From positions 1 through 64,000 of the IMG/VR virus record IMGVR_UViG_3300021399_000012: a stretch of DNA of 64,000 bases; one strand, 5' to 3'. Made by a program: the position numbers and the translations under genes. Positions 26,301 to 36,154 of this stretch are shown here, piece after piece. Source of the stretch: a virus. Its lineage: Duplodnaviria; Caudoviricetes. The notes beneath the pieces are model-generated. The model searched no databases and was not told the origin of the DNA. It saw only the letters and a list, made by a program, of their open reading frames with translations. Every line of letters starts with the position of its first letter. The first letter of the stretch is position 1.

Positions 26301-29300
26301 TAGCGTTTATTATCGTTATGGTTATCAGTTTCTTAGTTACAGCTGGGTTAATCAAAGTACTTAGTTTATGCTTTGGTTTTGTATTTAGCTGGAAGCTGGC
26401 TTTAGGTATATGGGTGCTATTTATTCTAATAAAATGGCTACTTCCATCAAGTAAAAACTAAATAAGATTATATTTAAGAAAAGAGGTAAAAATATTATGG
26501 AAAATTTAGAAAGATTCAAGGGTATGACAGTTGTTGCTAAGGATAGAGTTGGTAATGCACCATTTGGAGATGTTACATTAACTTACAATCCAAAGAGAAC
26601 AGAGGTGTACATCGCTATTGATCGTGTTGCGTGCACAATTGCGTTCAAGCACATTGAGGATCTTCGTATTCTTCCAATTCTTGATTATAAGAATAAGAGA
26701 TTATATCTGGTTCCTGATGAGCGTGGGTATGTTATGCGTGGTACCAAGACTAGCAAAAACAGCAGACTTAACTTTGCATCAACTCCATTGTTCACAGAGT
26801 TCAAGAAGCACAAGCTGTCTAGTAGTATTTCTGATTTAATATTTGATTCTAAGCTGAATGCTTATTATATTGAATTAAATTAGGAGGTACCACCATGTCT
26901 AAAACAAAAATATGTGATATATGTGGAGAACCAATGCACTACTATCCACGATATCAAATACGTCAGACTGCTTTAGGGTTTTTATCACAGGAAGAATACC
27001 TGAGTGACGTAAAAGATGTTTGCAATCCATGTTATAACAAGTTCATTAGATTTGTAGAAAAGGAGAGAAATAAAAATGAGTAGATATATTATAGCTATAC
27101 CAAAAGATCCAAGATTCGATAAGTATAAATATATAGCTGAAAGTGTTGCAGGACCACGTTTTACCGATTGTGTTTTTGAAGCTATATGGTATGGATCTAG
27201 AGTTGCTGCTGAAATAGCAAAAGACAATTTATCAAGAGAGTATCATGCTATCGTTTTATCTCTTGAGAATACTATTGCGCAGATAGATAGAGAAAACGAT
27301 TATAAGCCTTTCTATATCCTCCGCGATACATCAGATAATAGGATGGTGCGCAAAATAGCGACGCCGATGAGCATACCATTATTCACAGATGGTTTGAAGA
27401 ATACTCTGAAGTTTGAGACTGTTGATGAGGCGATGGACGCTATAGATAATATAAATAGACACACGAATAATACTTATGAGTTCATTGTCGAGATGCATCA
27501 TTTTGATGAGTTCTATAAGGAGCGGTATGAGCATTCTGAGGAACCACAGTTTTTTATACATGGTGGTCGTGGAGGTGGAAAGACTTGGCTTGACGAGAAC
27601 CCTAATATCGCTATACCAAATACTGTCACTATGCACTACACCGGACACAGTTCTATTAATTCTATTATATCAGCAAAGGAGATGTACAATATGTTTGGAT
27701 CAACTTATCATTTACCAGAGATTAAGAAAGTTATATTCAGCAATTCAGTCACTATTGTATTATGGAAGGATGGCACTAAGACCATCGTAAGATGCCAGGA
27801 TGGCGAGACATTCGATCCTGAGAAGGGTCTGGGAATGGCGTTTATGAAGAAGGCATTCGGTAACAAGGGTAACTATTTTGACAAGGTGAGAAACCTGCTT
27901 AATAATGCTACCTATCAGAACGAGGAGGATCAGGCAGACCAGCAGGATCGTAAAGGCTGTAAGGACGATGTTCCTTTCGCTAAGAAGACAAAGAACGGTA
28001 CTTACAAGTGCCCTCATTGTTCTAGATTCGTGCCTTCTAAAAGAATTGAGGGTAAGAAGGGTCCTTTCACATGCGATAAATGCGGTAAGAAATTTAATAT
28101 CAACTGGGAAGGAGAATTAGATTATGAGTTTTAAGGCGATACTTGTTGTGATCATTGTTTTATCATTGGGCGTACTCTTTTGGCTTATTGCATTAACTGC
28201 AACTACGATTTCTACAGATCAAGCTAAAATGATTGCTGATTCTTGTGCAAATGAACTTGAGTGGAAACTGCATGGTGAGATACACAAATTGAGTTATGAT
28301 CAGCAATTATATCGTGAAGAACTCGACGAATTGAAGTCTGCTCTTAATGAACAGGGTATCGCTACTGGTTATACAACTGAGAAGAAATTATATTATAAGG
28401 ATAAGAAAGATGAACGAACCAACATGTGAGAAATGCACGCATTATGATACTTATCCTGGAATCTGTGGGTGGACAGAAAGAATCTGTGACATCCACGGAA
28501 ACCTGGATTTTAAAGACATATCAGCGTGTGAAGATTTCGAAGATATGAATGAGAGAGTAACCGAAATTCTACACAAATACAATACATCAAAGAGGACACT
28601 ATGAACTGGAAAAGAAACTTATTAACAATAATTGAATTAATTATATTTGCAGGCATTTGTTATGGTGTTCATTTATATACACATTATCTGGGAGGACATC
28701 TATGAGAGAATACACATCTATAGAAGAACTAAAGTCATGGCTAAAAAAGAGAAAGAGCTTAAAGAGTCTAATACCTTATGAAGACATCATAACATATTTA
28801 GACTCTAAGCCTCCTCTCAGAATAAGAGATGATGATGCCAAGAAACTATTAGTAAAGTACAGACCGGCAGAACCAAGAAAAGACTACACATACACCATAA
28901 ACGAAATAACATTCGACACGTATGAGGAGTTTGCTGATTGGTTGAACTGGGCAAACGATGAAGACTCAATAGGTTACATTATTATATTAAGTATAACGGA
29001 GGTGCCGAAAGATGGAGGATCTACGCAATAAATTAGATGAAGTCACTGCCACAATAGCAAATAATTACAAATTGAGCGAAGCGTATACATCAGAGATTAT
29101 ACAAAATAGTCTGGACGCAATAACAAACAAGGAGGAAAAGAAAGATGAATAAACCAACATTTGAAAGTTTAATGGATATGAATGCTAAGGAGTTATCAGA
29201 TCTCAAACGTAAGACCTGGGATGCTGTGGATATTATGAGAAATTATAAGACAATGACCGGTGGATCTACAAAGCCATCATTAATTGCTTTCGACTATGTA

Positions 29301-29809
29301 AACATCATTAAGTCAGGAATTGGTGCTTTCAGTTGTATCGGGGCAGCAACTATCGGTTTCTTAGCCGTTAAGTATTACACAGATAAGAAGTACAAGGAGA
29401 ACGAAAAGGTTGATGATAGGAGATGATCGAGTCGTTGGTATGATTTCATTACTAGTACTGATGGCATGCTACTTTATATTTAAGAAGGAGGACTGATCAT
29501 ATGGAAAACGAAAAAACATTAATGAGACATACAGCAGAAGTGGACGTTCCAGTACAGGTTACTGTAGACAATATCCAGGAGAAAGTAAAAGAAATAATTG
29601 GCTGCGATGATCCTGTAGGTCATTATATCCAATATACTCAGAAATATGCAAATGCAAATATAGATGATAAGTATACCGGAACAATAGTTGCTGAATATGA
29701 GCATCTATATGTTATGGAAGCTCAATTGCCTGAGAATAGAGTATTATCTATTTGTATTAACAAGGCTGACATAGCATGCGGAAAGGCTATAGTTAAGGTG
29801 TTAGATTAA
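23351..29809 (+). other. run of about 20 co-oriented small hypothetical ORFs (e.g. 23351..23728, 23729..24055, 24048..24248, 24249..24638, ~24620..25119, 25116..25484, 25465..25818, 25819..26103, 26267..26461, 26497..26883, 26895..27083, 27076..28134, 28124..28429, 29145..29426, 29501..29809)
   Basis: Tightly packed ORFs with RBS and overlapping start/stop codons; several TM, lipoprotein-like or CxxC-containing; no recognisable function. Confidence 0.7.
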
Positions 29810-29985
29810 ATGACAGCTATTTTATATGTATTTTTAATATGTGTCATGTTATTAGCATTTGTTCCTATTGGAATATTTGTAGGCTTTGTTATTAAGACTT
29901 TCTGGTATTATATTTGGAAACTTGCGATTTTTGCTGTATTATTAGCTGGGGTAATATATCTATTTAATATGTTAGGAGTGCTTAT

Positions 29986-30174
29986 ATGAATAAATTGAAA
30001 GATATTTTAGAAGATCGATGTATGACTCAGCGTAAACTCAGTGACAAAACTGGTATATCTGAGATCACTATTTCACGCTATGTTAACGGTAAAAGGACAC
30101 CTAATGTGCGTGAAGCTATGTTAATTGCACGGGCTTTAAATGTGTCAGTAGACACTATTTGGCCTGCAGAATAG
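29986..30174 (+). CDS. XRE/Cro-family HTH transcriptional regulator
   Basis: MTQRKLSDKTGISEITISRYVNGKRTP..AMLIARAL signature. Confidence 0.85.
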   Translation: MNKLKDILEDRCMTQRKLSDKTGISEITISRYVNGKRTPNVREAMLIARALNVSVDTIWPAE

Positions 30175-30182
30175 GTAAATTA

Positions 30183-30216
30183 TGGTCTCCTGGCTGGTGC
30201 TGGGAGACTATTTTTT
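30183..30216 (+). terminator. intrinsic terminator ending middle-gene operon
   Basis: GGTCTCCTGGC/GCTGGGAGACT stem plus T-run. Confidence 0.75.
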
Positions 30217-30246
30217 ATCGTTTTTTCTTCAATTTCTATTATTTTT

Positions 30247-30469
30247 TTTCTGACACTTTTCTGACACTTTTGTATTTTTTGTCATTTTTCTGACACTTTT
30301 CTGAAAAATCTGACAGAAATGGGAGTAATTTTAGGGTGTACGGACGGTAAAAAATGACAAATTTCTGACACTTTTTGCCATTTCTGACACTTTTCTGACA
30401 CTTTTTTTTCAAAAATGACAAAGCGGAAAGCCTTGCTGGGAGCGGGTTTCAGCGATTTTCTGACACTTT
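30247..30469. repeat. iteron-like array, 7 x TTTCTGACACTTT (putative replication origin)
   Basis: Copies at 30247, 30258, 30287, 30362, 30381, 30392, 30457; extra TGACA/TGTCA cores; adjacent A/T tract; gene-free. Confidence 0.7.
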
Positions 30470-30581
30470 GTCACTTTTTTCTTTAATTTACTCACGAAAA
30501 AAAAAATTAATAATATATAGTAATTTGCCAGAAAAAGTGACAAAATGACAAAACTTGTCCGGGAAGGCCCAAAACTTGCCA

Positions 30582-30608
30582 TTCGTTATATTTTCAGCGA
30601 CATATATG
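30582..30608 (+). promoter_or_regulatory. phage promoter motif (variant)
   Basis: TTCGTT-N15-TATATG. Confidence 0.55.
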
Positions 30609-30637
30609 GAAAATATGTCTGTAAGGAGGTAAACAGT

Positions 30638-30949
30638 ATGAAAGTATTTATTATTTATATGATTATCGGTATGGTGATCATAGTGGCACAGGAAATAATA
30701 ATTGATAGTGTGTTATATGGTATAAGGAATTTCAAGACTGTATTTCGGTATACACGTAATGTATTCAAAACAGAAATGTGGAAACTGAATACTATTGAAA
30801 AAGTTATAACATATATAGTACTAGCATTATGGTTTCTAGTATGGCCTACTATGATAATATGGATCATTATCCGAGATATCAGGATAATAAAGAGCGGAAA
30901 TTTAATTACATTGGAACAGATACTTTCCGAAGAACAGGATGAGTCTTAA
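30638..30949 (+). CDS. two-TM membrane protein
   Basis: Start moved to ATG 30638 after AAGGAGGT; promoter 30582-30608. Confidence 0.7.
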   Translation: MKVFIIYMIIGMVIIVAQEIIIDSVLYGIRNFKTVFRYTRNVFKTEMWKLNTIEKVITYIVLALWFLVWPTMIIWIIIRDIRIIKSGNLITLEQILSEEQDES

Positions 30950-30967
30950 TTGACTCTCCTTTTCTTT

Positions 30968-30994
30968 TTCGCATTATCTTCAGGTGGATATATA
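30968..30994 (+). promoter_or_regulatory. phage promoter motif abutting RBS
   Basis: TTCGCA-N15-TATATA followed immediately by GGAGGTG. Confidence 0.7.
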
Positions 30995-31008
30995 GGAGGT
31001 GAAGTATT

Positions 31009-31212
31009 ATGAACAAAATAACAAAGATACTCACAAGTCTGGATATGATGAAAGATGATCACATGAGAAAGAAAGAACAGAGAAGAAGAGAATACATGGA
31101 AGCTATGGAGAGCATAGCAAAAGGAAAAGTAGAACTTCCAGATCTGTTTGATAAGAAGTTAACTCATGAGATTAACAAAATCAATGAGGCGTGTGAGCGA
31201 AATAAAAAGTAA
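31009..31212 (+). CDS. hypothetical protein
   Basis: Cassette with promoter 30968-30994 and downstream hairpin. Confidence 0.7.
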   Translation: MNKITKILTSLDMMKDDHMRKKEQRRREYMEAMESIAKGKVELPDLFDKKLTHEINKINEACERNKK

Positions 31213-31291
31213 ATATTAAACCAAGTATAGATCGTGATAATTTCATGGTCTATATTTTTTTTTTGTCATTTTTCGACTTGCCAATCGTTAC

Positions 31292-31318
31292 AACGCGAAA
31301 ATTTCAACCCCTAATATG
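31292..31318 (+). promoter_or_regulatory. phage promoter motif upstream of nuclease-RNAP operon (variant)
   Basis: AACGCG-N15-AATATG. Confidence 0.5.
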
Positions 31319-31403
31319 AGAGGAGAATAAAAATAGTCCGTTATTTTATAGACTATTATATTCAGCCTCTTAATTTTTTGTTTACTGGGGGAACAATGCT
31401 GAT

Positions 31404-31724
31404 ATGAAAAACGAAAATAAATTTCAATCAGAGCTAATCGAAGAACTAAAATCTTTATTTCCTGGATGCATTGTCCTGAAAAACGATCCTAATTATATTC
31501 AAGGTATACCAGATCTATTAGTGTTATACAAAAAGAAATGGGCTGCCTTAGAATGTAAGAAAACAAAAAATGCAAAGCATAGACCTAATCAAGATTATTA
31601 TGTTGATAAAATGTCTAAGATGTCATATGCAAATTTTGTTTATCCAGAAAATAAGGAGGTAGTGTTAAGTGATCTGGAAAAATCATTCAAACCTAACAGG
31701 AAGACACGCAAAACTAAGTCCTAG
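31404..31724 (+). CDS. VRR-NUC domain nuclease / Holliday junction resolvase-like
   Basis: ENKFQ..LI..L, GIPDLLVL, LECK motifs. Confidence 0.75.
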   Translation: MKNENKFQSELIEELKSLFPGCIVLKNDPNYIQGIPDLLVLYKKKWAALECKKTKNAKHRPNQDYYVDKMSKMSYANFVYPENKEVVLSDLEKSFKPNRKTRKTKS

Positions 31725-32304
31725 TCAATCAGCTAGATGGGCTACAAAAGATTTGGATAATGACGCCGTCTTTAAGATGATCAATTCTGGTTATTCTCAA
31801 GAGATCGGAACGTTACTGCATGAATACGCAGAACAATGTATCCGCTTTTCTTTAAAGATGACTAAGTATTCAAAGAGAGATGTTTTGAAGCATCTATTAA
31901 TTAACAGGATTCCCAGAAACGTTGCTAACGAATATGTAGAAAGATGTTTTGATAATCTTTTACTATATGTTAATGATGCTATTGGTTTCAGAATGGATCC
32001 TGAAGTAATATTATGGTATTCCGATTATATTTTTGGAACAGCAGATGCCATAATGTTCAGAGATAACAAATTACAAATCCATGATTTAAAAACTGGAATA
32101 ACTCCAGCACACATGGAACAATTATTAACATATGCAGCTCTATTCTGCTTAGAGTATAAAATTAAACCTGCAGACATTGATATAGAGTTGAGAATATATC
32201 AGTTAGAGGAGGTTATAGTCCATAAACCGGAAACAGATGAGATCGTTCCGATTATAGACAAAATAGTCACATACAACAAGTGGCTGACTAAAGACTTAGA
32301 TTAA
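31669..32304 (+). CDS. PD-(D/E)XK exonuclease (DUF2800/Cas4-like phage nuclease)
   Basis: HAKLSPS, GTLLH, FGTADAI..IHDLKTG, QLLTYA motifs. Confidence 0.75.
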   Translation: MIWKNHSNLTGRHAKLSPSQSARWATKDLDNDAVFKMINSGYSQEIGTLLHEYAEQCIRFSLKMTKYSKRDVLKHLLINRIPRNVANEYVERCFDNLLLYVNDAIGFRMDPEVILWYSDYIFGTADAIMFRDNKLQIHDLKTGITPAHMEQLLTYAALFCLEYKIKPADIDIELRIYQLEEVIVHKPETDEIVPIIDKIVTYNKWLTKDLD

Positions 32305-32324
32305 CAATTTGGAGGAACTAGATC

Positions 32325-35300
32325 ATGGAAGAATTCTTTGATGATGATTTTGAAGAAGATTCAGAAGAATCGTTAATGCATTATGGCACTAAACGACATT
32401 CGGGAAGATACAAGTATGGATCTGGTGAGAATCCATATCAGCACGAAGCGTGGTTTGTGTGGAATTACAACACTATAAAAAAGAATAATTTTGGTATTAG
32501 CGATGATGATATCAGAAAAGCCATGGGATACACCGGCAATGGTGGAAAGGCTAAATTTAATAGAGAAAAAGAAAGAGCATTTGACAATATAAAGGATATT
32601 GCAGATGTTATCATGCAGAAAGAAGGTTATACTAGAGATTCAGAAGTTGCGAGAGCACTTGGTATGAGTTCAGGAGACCTTCGAGCATTAAAAGGTATAG
32701 CGAAAGCTAAACAAAATGAGGACCTTATGAGACGTAACTTACAGCTCGTAGAGCATGGTTACAGTTCTAGAAATAAAAGAGCGGAAATGCTCGGTATTCC
32801 AGAATCCACTTTAAGAAATATGGAAAAAGATGGATATATGGAAAGAAATTCTAAAGCATACAATGTTGCTGAAGAAATGAAGAAGTACATCAAAGATGAT
32901 AAATCTTATTATGATGTCGGAAAAGGTATTAATTATTCATTGAACGTTTCTGAACACACGATGCAAGAAGCCCTTACAATTCTGAAGAATCAAGGTTACG
33001 GTGTTCATAACATACAGGTTCCTCAGGCCACAAATCCTGATCAGAAGACTACGGTTTCCGTATTAGGTCCTCAAGGGGCTTCTTGGGCTGATACGATGAA
33101 GAATCAGAATAATATCAGCACTTTTGATATGTATTTTAATGATGATGGAAAAACTAGAAGAGGCATCTATGAGCCAAAATCTATAGATTCATCTAGAATT
33201 AAGATACATTATGGTGATGAGCAGTTCCAGGGTACTTTAGGTACTGATATGGATGGTGTTATACAGCTTCGTAGAGGAGTTGGAGACATATCATTAGGAA
33301 AAGCGTCATACGCTCAGGTTCGTATCATGGTTGATGGTACGCATTACTTAAAAGGTATGGCTATCTATTCTGATAATATGCCTGCTGGAAAAGACATCAT
33401 CTTTAATACTAATAAGCCTAGTGGAACACCAGCTTCTAAAGTATTCAAAAGCTTAAAGACAGTCGACATCAAAGATGCGAATGGTAATGTTATCAAAACA
33501 GAAATTGATAAAGATAATCCTTTTGGAGCAAATATTAAAGCTGGTGGACAGAACTTCTATAAAAATAAAAATGGTGAATATGTCCAGACATCTATTGATA
33601 ATTTTGAGAAAGCAACAGCATCTAATATTAAGAAAAGTATAGATGGTGAAAGATACTCATTATCTGCTGCGAATATTATCAAAGAAGAAGGAGATTGGAA
33701 TCATTATCAAAAGAAGTTGGCTTCTCAGTTCTTATCTAAGCAGCCTATGGAACTCATTAACAAACAGCTGAATTTAACATATGCTGACAAGAATGCTGAA
33801 TTTGAAGAAATTAAGAGTTTAACAAACCCTACTATCAAAAGAAAACTTCTTGCAGACTTCGCTGAATCATGTGATAAAGCAGCTGTTGATTTAAAAGTAG
33901 CAGCTTTACCAGGACAAACAGCTAAAGTAATATTGCCTGTTACTGATCTTAAAGAAGGTGAATGCTATTGTCCTACTTATAAAGATGGTACTTATTTGGC
34001 ATTGGTTAGATATCCACATGCTGGAACTTTCGAAATTCCTATTGTTAAAGTTAATAATAAGAACAAGCAAGGTCAATCTATAGTTGGTCCAAATGCGCAG
34101 GATGCTATCGGAATATCTGCAAAAGATGCAGAACAGCTTTCAGGAGCTGATTTTGATGGCGATACTGTAGTTTGTCTACCTACAACTAGAAAGCCTACAG
34201 CTAATGGTATCTATATTGCTAGTAGAAAGCCATTTGAATCTTTAAAGAACTTCTCTACAAATGAGTATGCTATCTCTGATGAAAGATTCAAAGCTACTGG
34301 AGAGTACATTTTAGGAAAGAATCCTTTAAAGACAGATACTGAGAAAGTAGCTAATCTTAAGAACAAGATAGCAAACGGTTATAAGCCTACTGAAGCCGAC
34401 TTTATAGAAGTTGGTAAAGAAAAGCTTGTTATGACTGAAGATGCTAAGCAAAAGCAAATGGGTGTTGTATCTAACCTTATTACAGATATGACGTTAAAAG
34501 GTGCATCTCCAGATGAATTAGCAAGAGCTACAAAGGCTTCAATGGTCGTAATCGATGCTGTAAAGCATGAACTTGATTACAAGCAAGCATATGAAGATTG
34601 CCGAATTCCTGAGTTAAAGAAGATCTATCAGAAAGAGTACAATGAAGAAACTGGTGAAACAACTGGTGGTGCTTCTACATTGATATCACGTTCTAAGTCA
34701 GAAGTGAGAATCAAAGAAAGAAAAGAAGGCTCTACTGATTACATTGATCCTAAAACAGGAGAAAAAGGAAAGGCTCGTATGTATTACGATCCGAATACCG
34801 GTAAGCGTATCTATACTGAGACTGGTAGAACCTATACCGATAAGAATGGTAACGAGGTGGAGGCTCTTCAGAAAGTAACCCGTATGGCCTATGCGGACGA
34901 TGCCATGGACCTGGTATCCCAAATGGGTACTCAACAGGAAAAGGCATATGCAAGATATGCAAATGCACTTAAAGAGATGGCTAGAGAAAGTAGAAAAGAA
35001 CTCTACAAGACCGACCGTGCCGTATACGATAAGGATGCTAAAGAAAAGTATGCCATCCAGGTAGAAAGACTACAGTCTAAGCTAGAATTAGCAGTTGCTA
35101 ACTCCCCTAGAGAAAGACAGGCCCAGATAGATGCTAATAAGACTATCAAGGAGGCCATTCAGAGAGATCCTTCTCTTAAAGATGACAAAGAGCATAATGC
35201 TAGACTTAGACAACAAGCCATAGCGGCATCCCGGGATAAGTATGGGGCCAAAGGTAAAGATACTAGAATTAAGATAGAAGATGATGAATGGGAAGCTATA

Positions 35301-35525
35301 CAGGCTGGAGCTATATCGGATAGTAAATTAGAGGAGATACTGAAGTATTGCGATCTAGATGTTCTTAGAGAACGTGCAATGCCAAAGACTCAAAAGACAT
35401 TATCCAATGCTCAGGCAGCTAGAATTAAAGCTATGAAGAACTCAGGCTTTACAATAGCTGAAATAGCTGAACAAATGTCGTTGTCAACATCAACAGTGTC
35501 AAAGTACATTAAAGAAGCTGCTTAA
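32325..35525 (+). CDS. single-subunit two-barrel DNA-dependent RNA polymerase (YonO-like) with fused HTH domains
   Basis: GADFDGD (DFDGD at 34149-34163), RYPHAG and QVR...LKG conserved positions; N-terminal HTHs and C-terminal sigma4-like HTH. Confidence 0.8.
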   Translation: MEEFFDDDFEEDSEESLMHYGTKRHSGRYKYGSGENPYQHEAWFVWNYNTIKKNNFGISDDDIRKAMGYTGNGGKAKFNREKERAFDNIKDIADVIMQKEGYTRDSEVARALGMSSGDLRALKGIAKAKQNEDLMRRNLQLVEHGYSSRNKRAEMLGIPESTLRNMEKDGYMERNSKAYNVAEEMKKYIKDDKSYYDVGKGINYSLNVSEHTMQEALTILKNQGYGVHNIQVPQATNPDQKTTVSVLGPQGASWADTMKNQNNISTFDMYFNDDGKTRRGIYEPKSIDSSRIKIHYGDEQFQGTLGTDMDGVIQLRRGVGDISLGKASYAQVRIMVDGTHYLKGMAIYSDNMPAGKDIIFNTNKPSGTPASKVFKSLKTVDIKDANGNVIKTEIDKDNPFGANIKAGGQNFYKNKNGEYVQTSIDNFEKATASNIKKSIDGERYSLSAANIIKEEGDWNHYQKKLASQFLSKQPMELINKQLNLTYADKNAEFEEIKSLTNPTIKRKLLADFAESCDKAAVDLKVAALPGQTAKVILPVTDLKEGECYCPTYKDGTYLALVRYPHAGTFEIPIVKVNNKNKQGQSIVGPNAQDAIGISAKDAEQLSGADFDGDTVVCLPTTRKPTANGIYIASRKPFESLKNFSTNEYAISDERFKATGEYILGKNPLKTDTEKVANLKNKIANGYKPTEADFIEVGKEKLVMTEDAKQKQMGVVSNLITDMTLKGASPDELARATKASMVVIDAVKHELDYKQAYEDCRIPELKKIYQKEYNEETGETTGGASTLISRSKSEVRIKERKEGSTDYIDPKTGEKGKARMYYDPNTGKRIYTETGRTYTDKNGNEVEALQKVTRMAYADDAMDLVSQMGTQQEKAYARYANALKEMARESRKELYKTDRAVYDKDAKEKYAIQVERLQSKLELAVANSPRERQAQIDANKTIKEAIQRDPSLKDDKEHNARLRQQAIAASRDKYGAKGKDTRIKIEDDEWEAIQAGAISDSKLEEILKYCDLDVLRERAMPKTQKTLSNAQAARIKAMKNSGFTIAEIAEQMSLSTSTVSKYIKEAA

Positions 35526-35553
35526 TTAAAGTTTGAGAAAGGAGAAAAATTAA

Positions 35554-35796
35554 ATGGCTAAAGCTTATATGTTAACAACAGTTGATAATCCATTCAATCC
35601 TTTTGAAGACTTTGAGAAATGGTATCAGTTTGATGAGGAAAAAGGTTATCATTCATGTCAAAGATTGGCAAGATTCACAAACAATTCAGATTTCATGTCT
35701 GATGCTGAGCAAAGAGAAGATCAATCACAAGCAATTGATAAAATTATTGCTTTAGACTTTACAAATTTGTATAAAAAAGTTTCTAAAGATCTTTGA
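35554..35796 (+). CDS. conserved small protein following RNAP
   Basis: MLTTVDNPFNPF..F.KWYQFD..KGY; strong RBS. Confidence 0.7.
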   Translation: MAKAYMLTTVDNPFNPFEDFEKWYQFDEEKGYHSCQRLARFTNNSDFMSDAEQREDQSQAIDKIIALDFTNLYKKVSKDL

Positions 35797-35930
35797 TTGA
35801 CTCATTGAATGAATCATTTCTAAATTAAAAAGAAGATTGTTGTGTGATTTAATATTTATTTTGGATTCTTCTTTCTGTTTTCATTCTTTTGGTTGGCACA
35901 CTGAGGCTAATCGGATATAAAAAGAATGGA

Positions 35931-36000
35931 CAGGGGGAGGGGTCCGCTAAATATACACCCCCTCCTATATCGCGGCGGTCTTAAAAAATTCTCCGGAGGG
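35931..36000. other. candidate cos/packaging site
   Basis: GC-rich island (G-run/C-run, CGCGGCGGTC) in AT-rich gap between RNAP operon and terS-HNH-terL. Confidence 0.35.
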
Positions 36001-36013
36001 ATATTTTTAAAAC

Positions 36014-36123
36014 TTATATCGGTATTAGTACTGGGCATTTAAGCGTGAACGCGTGGAAAAATCCCCCAGCTAAAAAGTACACCATAAGTAATGCTTAAGT
36101 GCTCAGTACTGATACTGATATAA
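36014..36123. repeat. 31-bp inverted repeat with 48-nt loop upstream of terminase small subunit
   Basis: 36014-36044 vs 36093-36123, four mismatches, all G-U on + strand. Confidence 0.95.
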
Positions 36124-36154
36124 ATTATATATCAGGTAAAAGGAGTGAAAACTA

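Noticed and set aside
27555-27590. HGGRGGGKT as evidence of an ATPase
   Set aside because: No Walker B or surrounding P-loop domain context; likely a fragment or chance match
31669-32304. Cas4-like nuclease as part of a CRISPR system
   Set aside because: Stand-alone PD-(D/E)XK nuclease common in phages, next to VRR-NUC; no array or cas1/cas2
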